From Candidatus Sungiibacteriota bacterium (lineage in GTDB: Bacteria; Patescibacteriota; Minisyncoccia; Sungbacterales; SURF-37): DNA of 64,000 nucleotides. The DNA is taken from contig JACQMJ010000005.1 of NCBI GenBank assembly GCA_016203665.1, positions 1,516 to 65,515 of the forward strand. The letters run 5' to 3'. Both the position numbers and the translations under genes were made by a program. The notes beneath the pieces were generated by a model that was not told the origin of the DNA, did no database searches, and saw only the letters and a list, made by a program, of their open reading frames with translations. How positions within the stretch are numbered: position 1 is the first letter of the stretch; each line of letters begins with the position of its first letter. Shown piece by piece: positions 35,074 to 43,751 of the stretch.

Positions 35074-35244
35074 ATGGAGCTTACAAGAGATGACCTCCGG
35101 GCGGTGCTGGACCCGGCGTGTCGGGAGCACTGCGCCTTTTGCAGGGACGGCGATCACACGCGCTGCACGAGCCGCGCCTGTGGTTGCCAGATCAAAGCAG
35201 TGCTCCTTGATGCCGCGCGCGGGTTGCGGCCGGGCTCGCGATGA
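35074..35244 (+). CDS. hypothetical 56-aa Cys-rich protein (not in ORF track)
   Basis: GGGGAG SD; MELTRDDLRAVLDPACREHCAFCRDGDHTRCTSRACGC...; 6 Cys plus 2 His; terminator overlaps the stop. Confidence 0.5.
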   Translation: MELTRDDLRAVLDPACREHCAFCRDGDHTRCTSRACGCQIKAVLLDAARGLRPGSR

Positions 35245-35259
35245 GCCCGGCCGTTTTTT
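35227..35259 (+). terminator. Rho-independent terminator
   Basis: CGGCCGGGCTC-gcgat-GAGCCCGGCCG followed by T6. Confidence 0.85.
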
Positions 35260-35271
35260 ATCACGCAAAAA

Positions 35272-35811
35272 CTATTCCAGGCAGAGCGTCGCTCCGGCGG
35301 CATCCCCGCCGACACCGGCCGAATCTCTATTACTTTCGGTTGGCGGCAGAATTTTATCCAATAATCGCTCCGCGGTTTGGGCGATGAATCCTTGCTGGGG
35401 GTTGGCCTGTTTCAGCTCCCCGAGCACGGCTTCCGATTCGGTGAGCAGTTCTTTGGTTTTCTCCAGGCGTTGCCGGATGTCTTGGGATGTCAGAAGAGGC
35501 GCGGGATTTTTGGATTTTGCAGGCGTGCGCTCGGCCGGCGGAGCGAGAGATATAGTCTGTGAGTCTATGGCCCCAAGTTCGCTCGCCACGCCGCCGATGG
35601 CGGCGGAGAGCTCGCCCAAAAGCCGTTCGCGTTTAACAACCGGATTTTCCGGAATGGAAAGTTTTGAGCGCAAAAAGGATGGAAGTGTTTCTTCAAAAAA
35701 TCCAGAGAGCCCCACGGCGGCAACAGCCCTCTGCCGCGTCTCGGCCGGCACGTAGTGAATTATCCCGTAGGCGACAGCGCCGATCAGGGCGAGGTAGAAA
35801 AGGCTTTTCAT
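35272..35811 (-). CDS. hypothetical membrane-anchored protein
   Basis: MKSLFYLALIGAVAYGII anchor, then a helical/low-complexity region; ATG 35811 lies just after the upstream terminator. Confidence 0.5.
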   Translation of the reverse strand: MKSLFYLALIGAVAYGIIHYVPAETRQRAVAAVGLSGFFEETLPSFLRSKLSIPENPVVKRERLLGELSAAIGGVASELGAIDSQTISLAPPAERTPAKSKNPAPLLTSQDIRQRLEKTKELLTESEAVLGELKQANPQQGFIAQTAERLLDKILPPTESNRDSAGVGGDAAGATLCLE

Positions 35812-35825
35812 GGTTTCAATAGTAT

Positions 35826-35850
35826 CACAAAACCCCGGCATGACCGGGGT
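35826..35850 (-). terminator. Rho-independent terminator
   Basis: Minus sense ACCCCGG-tcatg-CCGGGGT followed by TTTTGTG. Confidence 0.6.
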
Positions 35851-35875
35851 ATTGTGTTTTCAATGCGATGGAGTT

Positions 35876-36271
35876 CTACATCCCGCCCATTGCGGCGCCC
35901 ATGGCTTGCTTGCGCCACGAAGCGGCAAGCGCCCAGATGCCGACAACAAGATGGAGGAGCGAGTCGGCCGGGTTCTCCAGGTTTGCGCCAAGGAGCATCG
36001 GGTAGCCGAGGAGGCTATAGAGGCCGACGAGCACGCCAACGATGCCGAGGAGCATCACGACCGGCCGTTGGATCGCCGGGCCGGTGGTGTAGGCGAGGAC
36101 AAGGGCCACAATGCCGAGGACGAGGTGCGCCCAGTTCTCAGCGTTATCAAACCACCATGCCGAGCCGAATAGGCTGGACTCCGGCGTGGGGCCGATTACG
36201 CCGACAAACCCGAGAATCCCCACCAGGACCAGGACAACGCCGCCGACCAGCAGAAATTGCTTTGGATTCAC
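35876..36271 (-). CDS. DUF4383-like small membrane protein
   Basis: Four TM helices with conserved-looking NWAHLVLG and LLHLVVG segments. Confidence 0.55.
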   Translation of the reverse strand: MNPKQFLLVGGVVLVLVGILGFVGVIGPTPESSLFGSAWWFDNAENWAHLVLGIVALVLAYTTGPAIQRPVVMLLGIVGVLVGLYSLLGYPMLLGANLENPADSLLHLVVGIWALAASWRKQAMGAAMGGM

Positions 36272-36430
36272 AGTATTGGCAATACCAAATTACTAGCGAC
36301 CTTTCCCCGCATTTATCAGTCCTGACTAGTGCGGGGGTTCTCCCGGCATAATGGCCGGGCCATTGCGTTTTTAGGTATTTTTAGCATAGCAGGTGATCCC
36401 GATGCCGGAAAGTGCGGTTTTGCACAGACC

Positions 36431-36463
36431 AAAATGCCGCCCGGGACAGCCGGACGGCATTTT
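36431..36463 (-). terminator. Rho-independent terminator after peroxiredoxin
   Basis: AAAATGCCGCCCGG-gacag-CCGGACGGCATTTT (A-run and T-run flanks). Confidence 0.65.
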
Positions 36464-36470
36464 CTGCATT

Positions 36471-37058
36471 TTAAGCACCCAACGCTCCCTTAACTTTTCC
36501 AGCGATTTTTATGGAAGGAGAAAGAGTGGGGTCGCCCGTGTCCCAGGATGCCGGGCAGACCTTGCCCGGGTTGTCGTGCGTGAATTTCAAGGCTTTTAGC
36601 TTGCGGAGGAGTTCGCCTGCGGAGCGGCCAATGGCGTCGGCCACGATGTCAGCGGCGCGAAGCACCCCCTCTGGATCAATGATGAAGGCCGCCCTTTGGG
36701 CCATGCCATTTGTCTCGTCATAAATGCCTAGTTCCCTGGCAAAAGCGCCGGTGTGGTCTGCGGCAAGCGGATATTTCAGGTCCGCGAGCAGCTCCTCATG
36801 ATCCACCCAGCCCTTATGGGTGTAGACTGTATCCGTGGATGCGCCGAGGACCTCGGCTCCCAGCGTCCGGTATTCTCCAAGCCGCTGCTGTATATCGGCA
36901 AGCTCGGTGGGGCAGACAAAGGTGAAGTCCGCCGGGTACCAGAAAAGGATGAGCCACTTACCGGCAAAATCGGCAAGGGTTGCCAGTCCGTCCTCGCCGC
37001 GCTCCGGGAAGTAGGCGGGCAGGGAAAAAACTGGGAATTTTTTATCAACAGTGAACAT
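36471..37058 (-). CDS. 2-Cys peroxiredoxin (AhpC/TSA family)
   Basis: FWYPADFTFVCPTE peroxidatic Cys, resolving Cys in KVCPASW; ATG 37058 lies 8 nt after the -10 box. Confidence 0.92.
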   Translation of the reverse strand: MFTVDKKFPVFSLPAYFPERGEDGLATLADFAGKWLILFWYPADFTFVCPTELADIQQRLGEYRTLGAEVLGASTDTVYTHKGWVDHEELLADLKYPLAADHTGAFARELGIYDETNGMAQRAAFIIDPEGVLRAADIVADAIGRSAGELLRKLKALKFTHDNPGKVCPASWDTGDPTLSPSIKIAGKVKGALGA

Positions 37059-37066
37059 AGGGTTAG

Positions 37067-37095
37067 AGTCTAGCGCAAATTTTTCAAAATTACAA
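37067..37095 (-). promoter_or_regulatory. promoter giving a leaderless or near-leaderless peroxiredoxin mRNA
   Basis: Minus-strand TTGTAA-17 nt-TAGACT, then 8 nt to the ATG, no SD. Confidence 0.55.
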
Positions 37096-37121
37096 GTCCT
37101 CCGTATGATGCGGTCAATTGC

Positions 37122-37613
37122 ATGGCCTCGAAGCAACTAATACTTTTCTTCGGCGGGCTGGCGCTCTTCGCTGTTCTCCTGACTTTCGGAGCGAATTTTT
37201 TCCTGCGGCGAATTCACGTGGAGCCTCCGCAGCCGTTTACCCCGCTGCCCATTTCCAGCGGCGGGAGCCAAGAGAGCGATGACGGCGGCATGTTTCAGAT
37301 CCAAAAAGGAACGGTTGACCGCAGGCCGGTACGCTACGGTCCGGACGGATTTTCGCCGCGGACGATCGCCATCCATGAGAGCGATGACCTCGGCTGTCTA
37401 ATTACGGTCATAAATCAGTCCGATGCGCCGTTGAAGGTCGGCGCAAGCCCGCATGACCCGGCCGGTGATCCGGGGGCCAATTACGGCGAGATCGCACCCG
37501 GCAAAGCCGGCGTCCTTGATGTCCGGTATTCCGGGCTGACGGAAATAATGCTCCATAACCATGCCAGTCCAGCACACGAATTCGTTGTAACCTACGGCCC
37601 GGGGTGCGATTGA
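37122..37613 (+). CDS. hypothetical membrane-anchored extracytoplasmic protein
   Basis: N-terminal TM helix, beta-rich C-terminal domain; divergent from peroxiredoxin. Confidence 0.5.
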   Translation: MASKQLILFFGGLALFAVLLTFGANFFLRRIHVEPPQPFTPLPISSGGSQESDDGGMFQIQKGTVDRRPVRYGPDGFSPRTIAIHESDDLGCLITVINQSDAPLKVGASPHDPAGDPGANYGEIAPGKAGVLDVRYSGLTEIMLHNHASPAHEFVVTYGPGCD

Positions 37614-37688
37614 TGGTATTACTTTTTCGCACGGTCTGTGCTACCATAGGCAACGGAAATCAGCCTCATCAGTGGGGAGGTGAGCGAA

Positions 37689-38099
37689 ATGGCGCGATGG
37701 CCGCAGCCGCCAAAGACCCCCGAAGTGTGGCAGGAAGAGTTTCGGCGGATTTACGGCAGAGGGTCGGTGGAGCGTTTCATTGAGCGCTGCCGCGGCGGTA
37801 TTCTCCTCGATGCGGCTGGAGGCTTCGGAATGCGCTCTCCGGCGGAGGCATGGCACTGGTACTGCCGGCTTACCGGCGAGCGGAGAAAACCGCGTCGGCC
37901 AAGGGAGAAGGCAACTCTTCCGGGCGAGAAAGAGGCGCGGCGGCGCGGCCGGCCTCCGGGCATTCCGGGTGCGCCGAAGCGTCCGGATGTGACCCCGGGG
38001 CAAGTTCGGGCCCTTGTTGACGGACGAATGAAGAAAAGCGACATTGCCCGCTGGCTGGGAGTCTCACGCCAGACCGTCTACCAGCGTCTGCGCCCCTGA
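37689..38099 (+). CDS. small protein with C-terminal resolvase/Hin-type HTH
   Basis: GGGAGG SD; C-terminus KKSDIARWLGVSRQTVYQRL; Arg/Pro-rich linker; own terminator. Confidence 0.6.
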   Translation: MARWPQPPKTPEVWQEEFRRIYGRGSVERFIERCRGGILLDAAGGFGMRSPAEAWHWYCRLTGERRKPRRPREKATLPGEKEARRRGRPPGIPGAPKRPDVTPGQVRALVDGRMKKSDIARWLGVSRQTVYQRLRP

Positions 38100-38102
38100 A
38101 CG

Positions 38103-38135
38103 CGCCCCGATTCCTCCCGGGGCGTTTTTCTTTTT
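38103..38135 (+). terminator. Rho-independent terminator
   Basis: CGCCCCG-attcctc-CGGGGCG followed by TTTTTCTTTTT. Confidence 0.78.
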
Positions 38136-38290
38136 CAGATAGAGTGCGCATATAATTGCCCTATGCCCAGTAGGAGAATTTCGAACCAGCGCCATAAGTA
38201 CGTAAACGGAGCCAATTGCTATATCTCCCGCTGCGGCAGTGCCTAAAAACTAGCGCTTTACAACTTTTGTTAGAAATTCCTCTACTGGAT

Positions 38291-40432
38291 ATGGCGAAAA
38301 GTAATCGCAAAGAAACGCGACCGCGTTCGGAGCCGCCTCGCCGGCGGCGCTGGCACGACGATCTTGCGCCCGAGACGAAACAGAGTGTCCTCGCGGTTGT
38401 TTTTTTTGCGCTCGCCGCCATATCCCTCCTGGCCCACTGGGGCCGAGCGGGCTTTTTAGGCGCGATGCTCTTCCGCGCTTTGACGTTTGCGGTCGGCAAG
38501 GCATATTTCCTGGTGCCGGTAACGCTCGTCCTGACTGGCTCCTCGCTTCTCTTCGCATTGCGGCGTCGGCTGATCGCGGCAAATCTCGTCGGTGGGGTGT
38601 TCTTCTTTGCCATGGGACTCGCCCTGATTGAGCTATTTTTTGGGGAACGTACCGGCGGTTGGATCGGTTTTGCCGTGAACTGGCCGCTGGAGCGCTTCCT
38701 TGATTTCTGGGCCGCGTTCATCGTGGAGGCGGCCATCATGGTTGCAGCTGTCTTGATCATGGCCAACATCCCGCTTTGGACTCCCCGGAGGGAAGAAGAG
38801 GCCGAGAAAGGCGAACCCGGTCCAGCCGATAGAGCGCTCGGTGCAGTGGGCGCGGCCGTGGCGGGCATCCGGGAGGCAATTAAGACGCCGGAGCCCGCGC
38901 CGGCGGGCGGAGTGACGGTTGAAGCGGTCGGGCGGGCGAGGGCCGGAGAAAACGGAGAGGAATTTGCAGTGGCCAAGAAGCAGAGCCGCCGCGGCGCCTA
39001 CGTGCTGCCGCCCCTTCATCTCCTCAATGATGATCGCGGCACGCCCTCCTCGGGCGACATCCGCGCCAACGCTAACATCATCAAGCGCACGCTCCTGAAT
39101 TTCGGCGTGGACGTTGAAATGGGCGAGGTGTCAGTCGGCCCGACTGTCACCCAGTACACCCTGAAGCCGGCCGAGGGCGTGAAGCTCTCGCGCATCTCGG
39201 CCCTGCATAACGATCTTTCGCTTGCGCTTGCGGCGCATCCTATTAGGATTGAGGCGCCCATTCCCGGTAAGTCGCTCGTGGGCATTGAGGTCCCGAACCG
39301 TTCCATTGCGCTGGTCGGCCTGCGGAGTCTGCTGGAGAACGATATTTTCCAGAAGTCAGTGGCCCCTCTTCTATTTGCGCTCGGCCGCGATGTAGCCGGC
39401 GCCCCGGTCTACGCCAACCTTACCAGAATGCCGCATTTGCTTGTGGCCGGCGCCACCGGTTCGGGCAAAAGCGTGGCTATCCATTCTCTGATCACGGCGC
39501 TTCTTTACCGGAGTCCGCCCGACCTGCTGAAGTTTTTAATAGTGGACCCGAAGCGCGTGGAGCTGGCCGCCTACAACGGCATTCCGCACCTTTTGGCGCC
39601 GCCCATCACTGACGTCAAGAAAACCATTGCTGCGCTGCGCTGGGCAGTCAGGGAGATGGAGCGGCGCTATGAGGCGCTCGCCCGCGCCGGTGTGCGCGAC
39701 ATCGCCGGCTACAACGAACGGTTCACGAAAAACGGTTCGGATGAGGAACCGATGCCGTACCTCGTTATCATCATTGATGAACTTGCCGATCTCATGGTTT
39801 CGTTCCCGCGTGAAGTAGAGAGCTCCATTATCCGCTTGGCGCAGATGGCGCGGGCCGTCGGCATCCACCTTGTCGTGGCCACCCAGCGTCCGTCGGTGGA
39901 GGTTATCACCGGTCTCATCAAAGCCAATATCACCTCCAGGATCGCCTTCCAGGTCGCCTCGCAGGTGGATTCGCGCACCATCCTGGATGCGGCCGGCGCG
40001 GAGAAACTCCTCGGGAACGGCGACATGCTGTTTTTGGCCGGGGATACGGCCAGGCCCCGCCGCATCCAGGGGGGATTCGTATCCGAGGAAGAGGTATCGC
40101 ACATCGTAAAGTTCATTCTTGACCAAGCCGATGCCGCCGGGAGCGAAGCGGCCGAAGAGGATATTTTCGCCGCCACGCCCGGCGCGCTGACTGACGCCAT
40201 GGCGGACGGCGATGAATTCGATGGCGATGAGGACCCGCTCTACGATGCGGCCAAGGATACCGTGGTAAAGGCCGGCAAAGCTTCGGCCTCGTACTTGCAG
40301 CGGCGCCTCAAGATCGGCTACGCCCGCGCCGCGCGGCTCCTTGATACTCTTGAGGAGCGCGGCGTCATCGGCCCGGGCGAAGGGGCCAAACCGCGTGAGA
40401 TTCTCATGAAAGAAGATGGAGAGGGCGCGTAG
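38291..40432 (+). CDS. ftsK: DNA translocase FtsK
   Basis: N-terminal TM helices, GATGSGKS Walker A, IIIDELADL Walker B, gamma wHTH SYLQRRLKIGYARAARLLD. Confidence 0.93.
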   Translation: MAKSNRKETRPRSEPPRRRRWHDDLAPETKQSVLAVVFFALAAISLLAHWGRAGFLGAMLFRALTFAVGKAYFLVPVTLVLTGSSLLFALRRRLIAANLVGGVFFFAMGLALIELFFGERTGGWIGFAVNWPLERFLDFWAAFIVEAAIMVAAVLIMANIPLWTPRREEEAEKGEPGPADRALGAVGAAVAGIREAIKTPEPAPAGGVTVEAVGRARAGENGEEFAVAKKQSRRGAYVLPPLHLLNDDRGTPSSGDIRANANIIKRTLLNFGVDVEMGEVSVGPTVTQYTLKPAEGVKLSRISALHNDLSLALAAHPIRIEAPIPGKSLVGIEVPNRSIALVGLRSLLENDIFQKSVAPLLFALGRDVAGAPVYANLTRMPHLLVAGATGSGKSVAIHSLITALLYRSPPDLLKFLIVDPKRVELAAYNGIPHLLAPPITDVKKTIAALRWAVREMERRYEALARAGVRDIAGYNERFTKNGSDEEPMPYLVIIIDELADLMVSFPREVESSIIRLAQMARAVGIHLVVATQRPSVEVITGLIKANITSRIAFQVASQVDSRTILDAAGAEKLLGNGDMLFLAGDTARPRRIQGGFVSEEEVSHIVKFILDQADAAGSEAAEEDIFAATPGALTDAMADGDEFDGDEDPLYDAAKDTVVKAGKASASYLQRRLKIGYARAARLLDTLEERGVIGPGEGAKPREILMKEDGEGA

Positions 40433-40510
40433 ACCATAATTCTTGCAAAACCGTCGGGATCATGACACCACTGTGTCAGGGGCAGTTCATCATGTCCGAA
40501 AGGAGTCCGT

Positions 40511-40663
40511 ATGAGGAAACCGTATGATAGCTGGTGGGTTCCGCTCCTTGTCGTCGCCCTTTCGCTCATCATCCTCGCCGCCTGCCAGCCGCCGCCCTAC
40601 CGGCCGCCCATGCCGTTCCGGTCCTCCGGCCATGCGCCCATGGCCGGCTTTTTCTTTTCTTGA
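40511..40663 (+). CDS. candidate 50-aa lipoprotein (not in ORF track)
   Basis: AGGAG SD 5 nt upstream; signal peptide with lipobox LAAC; the 3' end overlaps a hairpin plus T-run that may simply be the ftsK terminator. Confidence 0.4.
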   Translation: MRKPYDSWWVPLLVVALSLIILAACQPPPYRPPMPFRSSGHAPMAGFFFS

Positions 40664-40685
40664 GGGAACAGTATACGATAGTCCC

Positions 40686-41054
40686 ATGATTCGCCCGTAT
40701 ATTCCCGAGCGCTACGTTACCCAGCGGAACTTTAAGATCGCCGTGGTCGGTGCCGCCGTGCTCGCGGTCGTCGGATTTTTCACCTACCAGTTCAAATTCC
40801 TGCGCGCTCCCGGCATTGAAATCTTTGCGCCCGAGCGCGATATCGCGGTCACAAGCGGCGCGTTTGATGCGCGCGGCCGCACCGATGACCTTGATGCCGA
40901 TTTGACCTTGAACGGCCGCCCCCTCTACAGTGGAGAAACCGGCGAGTTTACGGAGCGCATTTATCTCGTGAAAGGCGTGAACCGCCTTGAGTTTGAAGCC
41001 CGGAACCGCTACGGAAGAACCACCCGCCTTACCCGCTACGTCGTTCTAAAATGA
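40686..41054 (+). CDS. hypothetical membrane-anchored beta-rich protein
   Basis: Internal ATG followed by TM helix IAVVGAAVLAVVGFF; the upstream part of the ORF is Pro/Ser/Arg junk. Confidence 0.5.
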   Translation: MIRPYIPERYVTQRNFKIAVVGAAVLAVVGFFTYQFKFLRAPGIEIFAPERDIAVTSGAFDARGRTDDLDADLTLNGRPLYSGETGEFTERIYLVKGVNRLEFEARNRYGRTTRLTRYVVLK

Positions 41055-41124
41055 CACTGATCCGAGAATCCGGTATCCGCATATTTGCAGATATGCATTG
41101 AATTTGTAGATTCGCATTGCATTT

Positions 41125-42159
41125 ATGGCTACTGCTGAAAAAAATCCCACCAAAGACGAGATCCGCGCCGAGAAACTCGCCACACTCGAGGACACCGTCC
41201 GGGAGATCCAGGAGAAGTACGGCGAGGGTGCGATTATGAAGCTCGGCGAGGCCCGTAAGGTTGACGTGGATGTCATCCCGACCGGGTCGCTGGCGCTTGA
41301 TATGGCCCTTGGCGTGGGCGGCGTGCCAAGGGGCCGGGTCATTGAGATTTTCGGGCCGGAATCCTCCGGTAAGACCACACTAGCTCTCCACATTGTGGCC
41401 GAAGCCCAGAAAAAAGGCGGACTGGCGGCTTTTGTGGATGCCGAACATGCGCTGGATCCGGATTACGGCCGACGCCTGGGTGTTCAGGTCAATGAGCTCC
41501 TGATCTCCCAGCCGGATACCGGCGAGCAGGCGCTGGAGATCGTTGAATCGCTTGTCCGCTCGGGGTCGGTGGACGTCATCGTGGTGGATTCCGTGGCCGC
41601 GCTGACGCCGCAGGCCGAGATTGAGGGCGACATGGGCCAGCAGCACGTCGGGCTCCAGGCGCGGCTGATGTCGCACGCGCTCCGCAAACTCACCGCCGCC
41701 GTGTCGCGCTCCAAGACCTGCATCATTTTCATCAACCAGATCCGCATACAGATCGGCATCATGTTCGGCAACCCCGAGACCACGCCCGGAGGGCGCGCGT
41801 TGAAGTTTTATTCATCCGTGCGTATTGAAGTGCGGCGGGCCGCGCAAATCAAGAAGGGCGAGGAAATCGTGGGCAACCGCGTGAACGCCAAGATCGTGAA
41901 GAACAAGGTGGCGCCGCCCTTCCGCCGGGCCGAGTTTGACATTTTCTACAACGAGGGCATTTCAAAGGACGCCGAGCTTTTAACGCTCGGGGAGAAGTAC
42001 GGTGTTGTCAAAAAGGCCGGGGCCTCGTTCACGTTTGAGGGCACGCGCCTGGGGCAGGGGTTTGATAATGCACGCCTCTTTTTGAAGCAAAACCCCAAGC
42101 TCGCCGAGGATATCGCAAAGAAAATCAAGGAGGCGATGGCCGCCCCGGTTGGGGAGTAG
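41125..42159 (+). CDS. recA: recombinase RecA
   Basis: [12 protein letters not shown] Walker [10 protein letters not shown]1/L2 loop regions. Confidence 0.97.
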   Translation: MATAEKNPTKDEIRAEKLATLEDTVREIQEKYGEGAIMKLGEARKVDVDVIPTGSLALDMALGVGGVPRGRVIEIFGPESSGKTTLALHIVAEAQKKGGLAAFVDAEHALDPDYGRRLGVQVNELLISQPDTGEQALEIVESLVRSGSVDVIVVDSVAALTPQAEIEGDMGQQHVGLQARLMSHALRKLTAAVSRSKTCIIFINQIRIQIGIMFGNPETTPGGRALKFYSSVRIEVRRAAQIKKGEEIVGNRVNAKIVKNKVAPPFRRAEFDIFYNEGISKDAELLTLGEKYGVVKKAGASFTFEGTRLGQGFDNARLFLKQNPKLAEDIAKKIKEAMAAPVGE

Positions 42160-42194
42160 CTTCTTAAGAATTTCACTGCGATAAGGCCGCCGGC

Positions 42195-42404
42195 TCAGTG
42201 CAGGGTGTACGGAACCAACCCCAGTTCGCGGGCGCGCTTGATAGCCCGTGCGAAATTGCGCTGGTGCGAGGCGCAGAGGTGCGAGCGGCGCCGCGGCATG
42301 ATCTTCATGTTCGCCGACATAAAACGGCGCAATGTTTCCGTATCCTTGTAATCAACAACTTTATGGCTGGAGGTGCAGAAGAAGCACTGTTTTTGTTCTG
42401 CCAT
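42195..42404 (-). CDS. rpsR: 30S ribosomal protein S18
   Basis: DYKDTETLRRFMS...RNFARAIKRARELGLVPY. Confidence 0.93.
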   Translation of the reverse strand: MAEQKQCFFCTSSHKVVDYKDTETLRRFMSANMKIMPRRRSHLCASHQRNFARAIKRARELGLVPYTLH

Positions 42405-42437
42405 ATGTTCAGTTCTTAGTTTTTGGTTCTAAGTTCC

Positions 42438-42506
42438 AGTTTTTAGTTCTTGGTTTTAGTTTCGTCCAACTGCAACTGGCAACCAAATAACTATAACCAA
42501 GAACCA
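42438..42506. repeat. structured intercistronic spacer, copy 1 (ssb-rpsR)
   Basis: AGTTTTTAGTTCTTGGTT and AACTGCAACTGGCAACC shared with copy 2; GTTCTTGGTT pairs with AACCAAGAAC. Confidence 0.8.
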
Positions 42507-42523
42507 ATGACTATGAACTCGTT

Positions 42524-42979
42524 TCAAAAGGGTATCTCTTCGGGTTTGATTTCCTCCTCGTCGCCGGGGTAGGTAATGGTTTCCACCGCTTCCGGAGCCG
42601 ACGGCTGTGCGGACCCCTCCGTTGCCGGGCTTGCCGCTGCGGCCGTCCCCGCGCCCCGCGGGCCAAGCTGCATGTTCTCGGCAATGATCTCGGTGCGCCA
42701 GCGCTTCTGGCCGTTCTGGTCCTGCCACGAGCGCGTCTGGATGCGGCCCTCAATGAATACGAGCGAGCCTTTTTTCAGGTATTGGTTGGCAATTTCGGCC
42801 AGGCGCCCCCAGGCGACGACATTATGGAACTCGGCGGAGCGCTGCTGCTGGCCGGCCTGGTCGCGCCATACGCGATTTGTGGCCACGCCGAAGGAGCATA
42901 CATTTTGCCCGGATGGGGTGGTGCGGAACTCTGGATCGCGCGTCACGTTGCCGAGGATGAAAGCTTTATTATAGTTCAT
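42524..42979 (-). CDS. ssb: single-stranded DNA-binding protein
   Basis: OB fold (NKAFILGNVTRDPE...FHNVVAWGRLAE), Gly/Pro tail ending EEIPF. Confidence 0.93.
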   Translation of the reverse strand: MNYNKAFILGNVTRDPEFRTTPSGQNVCSFGVATNRVWRDQAGQQQRSAEFHNVVAWGRLAEIANQYLKKGSLVFIEGRIQTRSWQDQNGQKRWRTEIIAENMQLGPRGAGTAAAASPATEGSAQPSAPEAVETITYPGDEEEIKPEEIPF

Positions 42980-42999
42980 AGTTATAAGTTATCGGTTCT

Positions 43000-43078
43000 A
43001 GTTTTTAGTTCTTGGTTGCGGTTTTATGGACTGTAACTAGGAACTGTCAAACTGCAACTGCCAACCAGGAACTGAGAA
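43000..43078. repeat. structured intercistronic spacer, copy 2 (rpsF-ssb)
   Basis: AGTTTTTAGTTCTTGGTT and AACTGCAACTGCCAACC; GTTCTTGGTTG pairs with CAACCAGGAAC. Confidence 0.8.
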
Positions 43079-43540
43079 CTACTTCCCCAATATTTCCTCC
43101 AGCCGCTTGTCCAGTTCTTCTATTTTCGTCTTGTCCTCTTCTTTGGGCGCGGCGGGAGCAAAAGGTTTGATCTCGCCGGCAACAGGGCCGGGGGTCGGGC
43201 GCTCGCGGCGGAACCGCGGGCGGAATTCATGCACCGGCCGTTTTACTTCTTCAACGAGGAGGTAACGCATGATGGCGGGTTCGGCCGCTATGCGCTTTTC
43301 AATATCCGGCAACCGCTCCGGCGCCACGCTAAAGGTGGTCCATCCGAAATATGCGTTTCGCATTTTTTCAATGGGATAGGCGAGTTTACGCTTTTTCGGT
43401 TCCTCAATGCGGCCGATGAGGCCGCGGGCGTCCTGTATCGCCCCGGTGATTTTACCGGCCTCGCCAAACACCCCGTCTTCGGGGATATCGGGGCTGATGA
43501 GGTAAGTGATTTCGTAGTTTTTGGCGTCAGTTTCGGCCAT
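43079..43540 (-). CDS. rpsF: 30S ribosomal protein S6 with acidic/basic C-terminal extension
   Basis: YEITYLISP start region, S6 fold length, operon with ssb and rpsR. Confidence 0.88.
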   Translation of the reverse strand: MAETDAKNYEITYLISPDIPEDGVFGEAGKITGAIQDARGLIGRIEEPKKRKLAYPIEKMRNAYFGWTTFSVAPERLPDIEKRIAAEPAIMRYLLVEEVKRPVHEFRPRFRRERPTPGPVAGEIKPFAPAAPKEEDKTKIEELDKRLEEILGK

Positions 43541-43751
43541 AAAACGCCCTGAAACTCTACCAAAAGGCGTTAAAGAGGGCAATCCCCTTGACAGGTAACG
43601 AACAATATGCCACTAATCAAAAGCTCGCCGGTCCTGATCAGCTGGCGGCAAACGGGGAATAAAACCGACAAAGGCGTCGGCCTGGGAGCAACGGCGCTCC
43701 TGTTCCCCGAACCTCCCCCAGCCACCGCGGCGCCCCGCGGTGGCTGCTTTC

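Noticed and set aside
34570-35268. 232-aa minus-strand ORF, the longest ORF in the 34.6-35.3 kb region
   Set aside because: It lies in the same codon register, antisense, as the + strand ORFs. Those have the G/C-rich third positions, strong SDs, a promoter and a terminator, so the minus ORF is a typical high-GC shadow frame.
40636-40663. Hairpin CCGGCCATG-cgcc-CATGGCCGG with T-run as evidence against the 50-aa lipoprotein ORF
   Set aside because: This is not decisive either way. The hairpin probably terminates ftsK but also lies at the 3' end of the SD-preceded lipobox ORF. The ORF is kept at low confidence rather than discarded.
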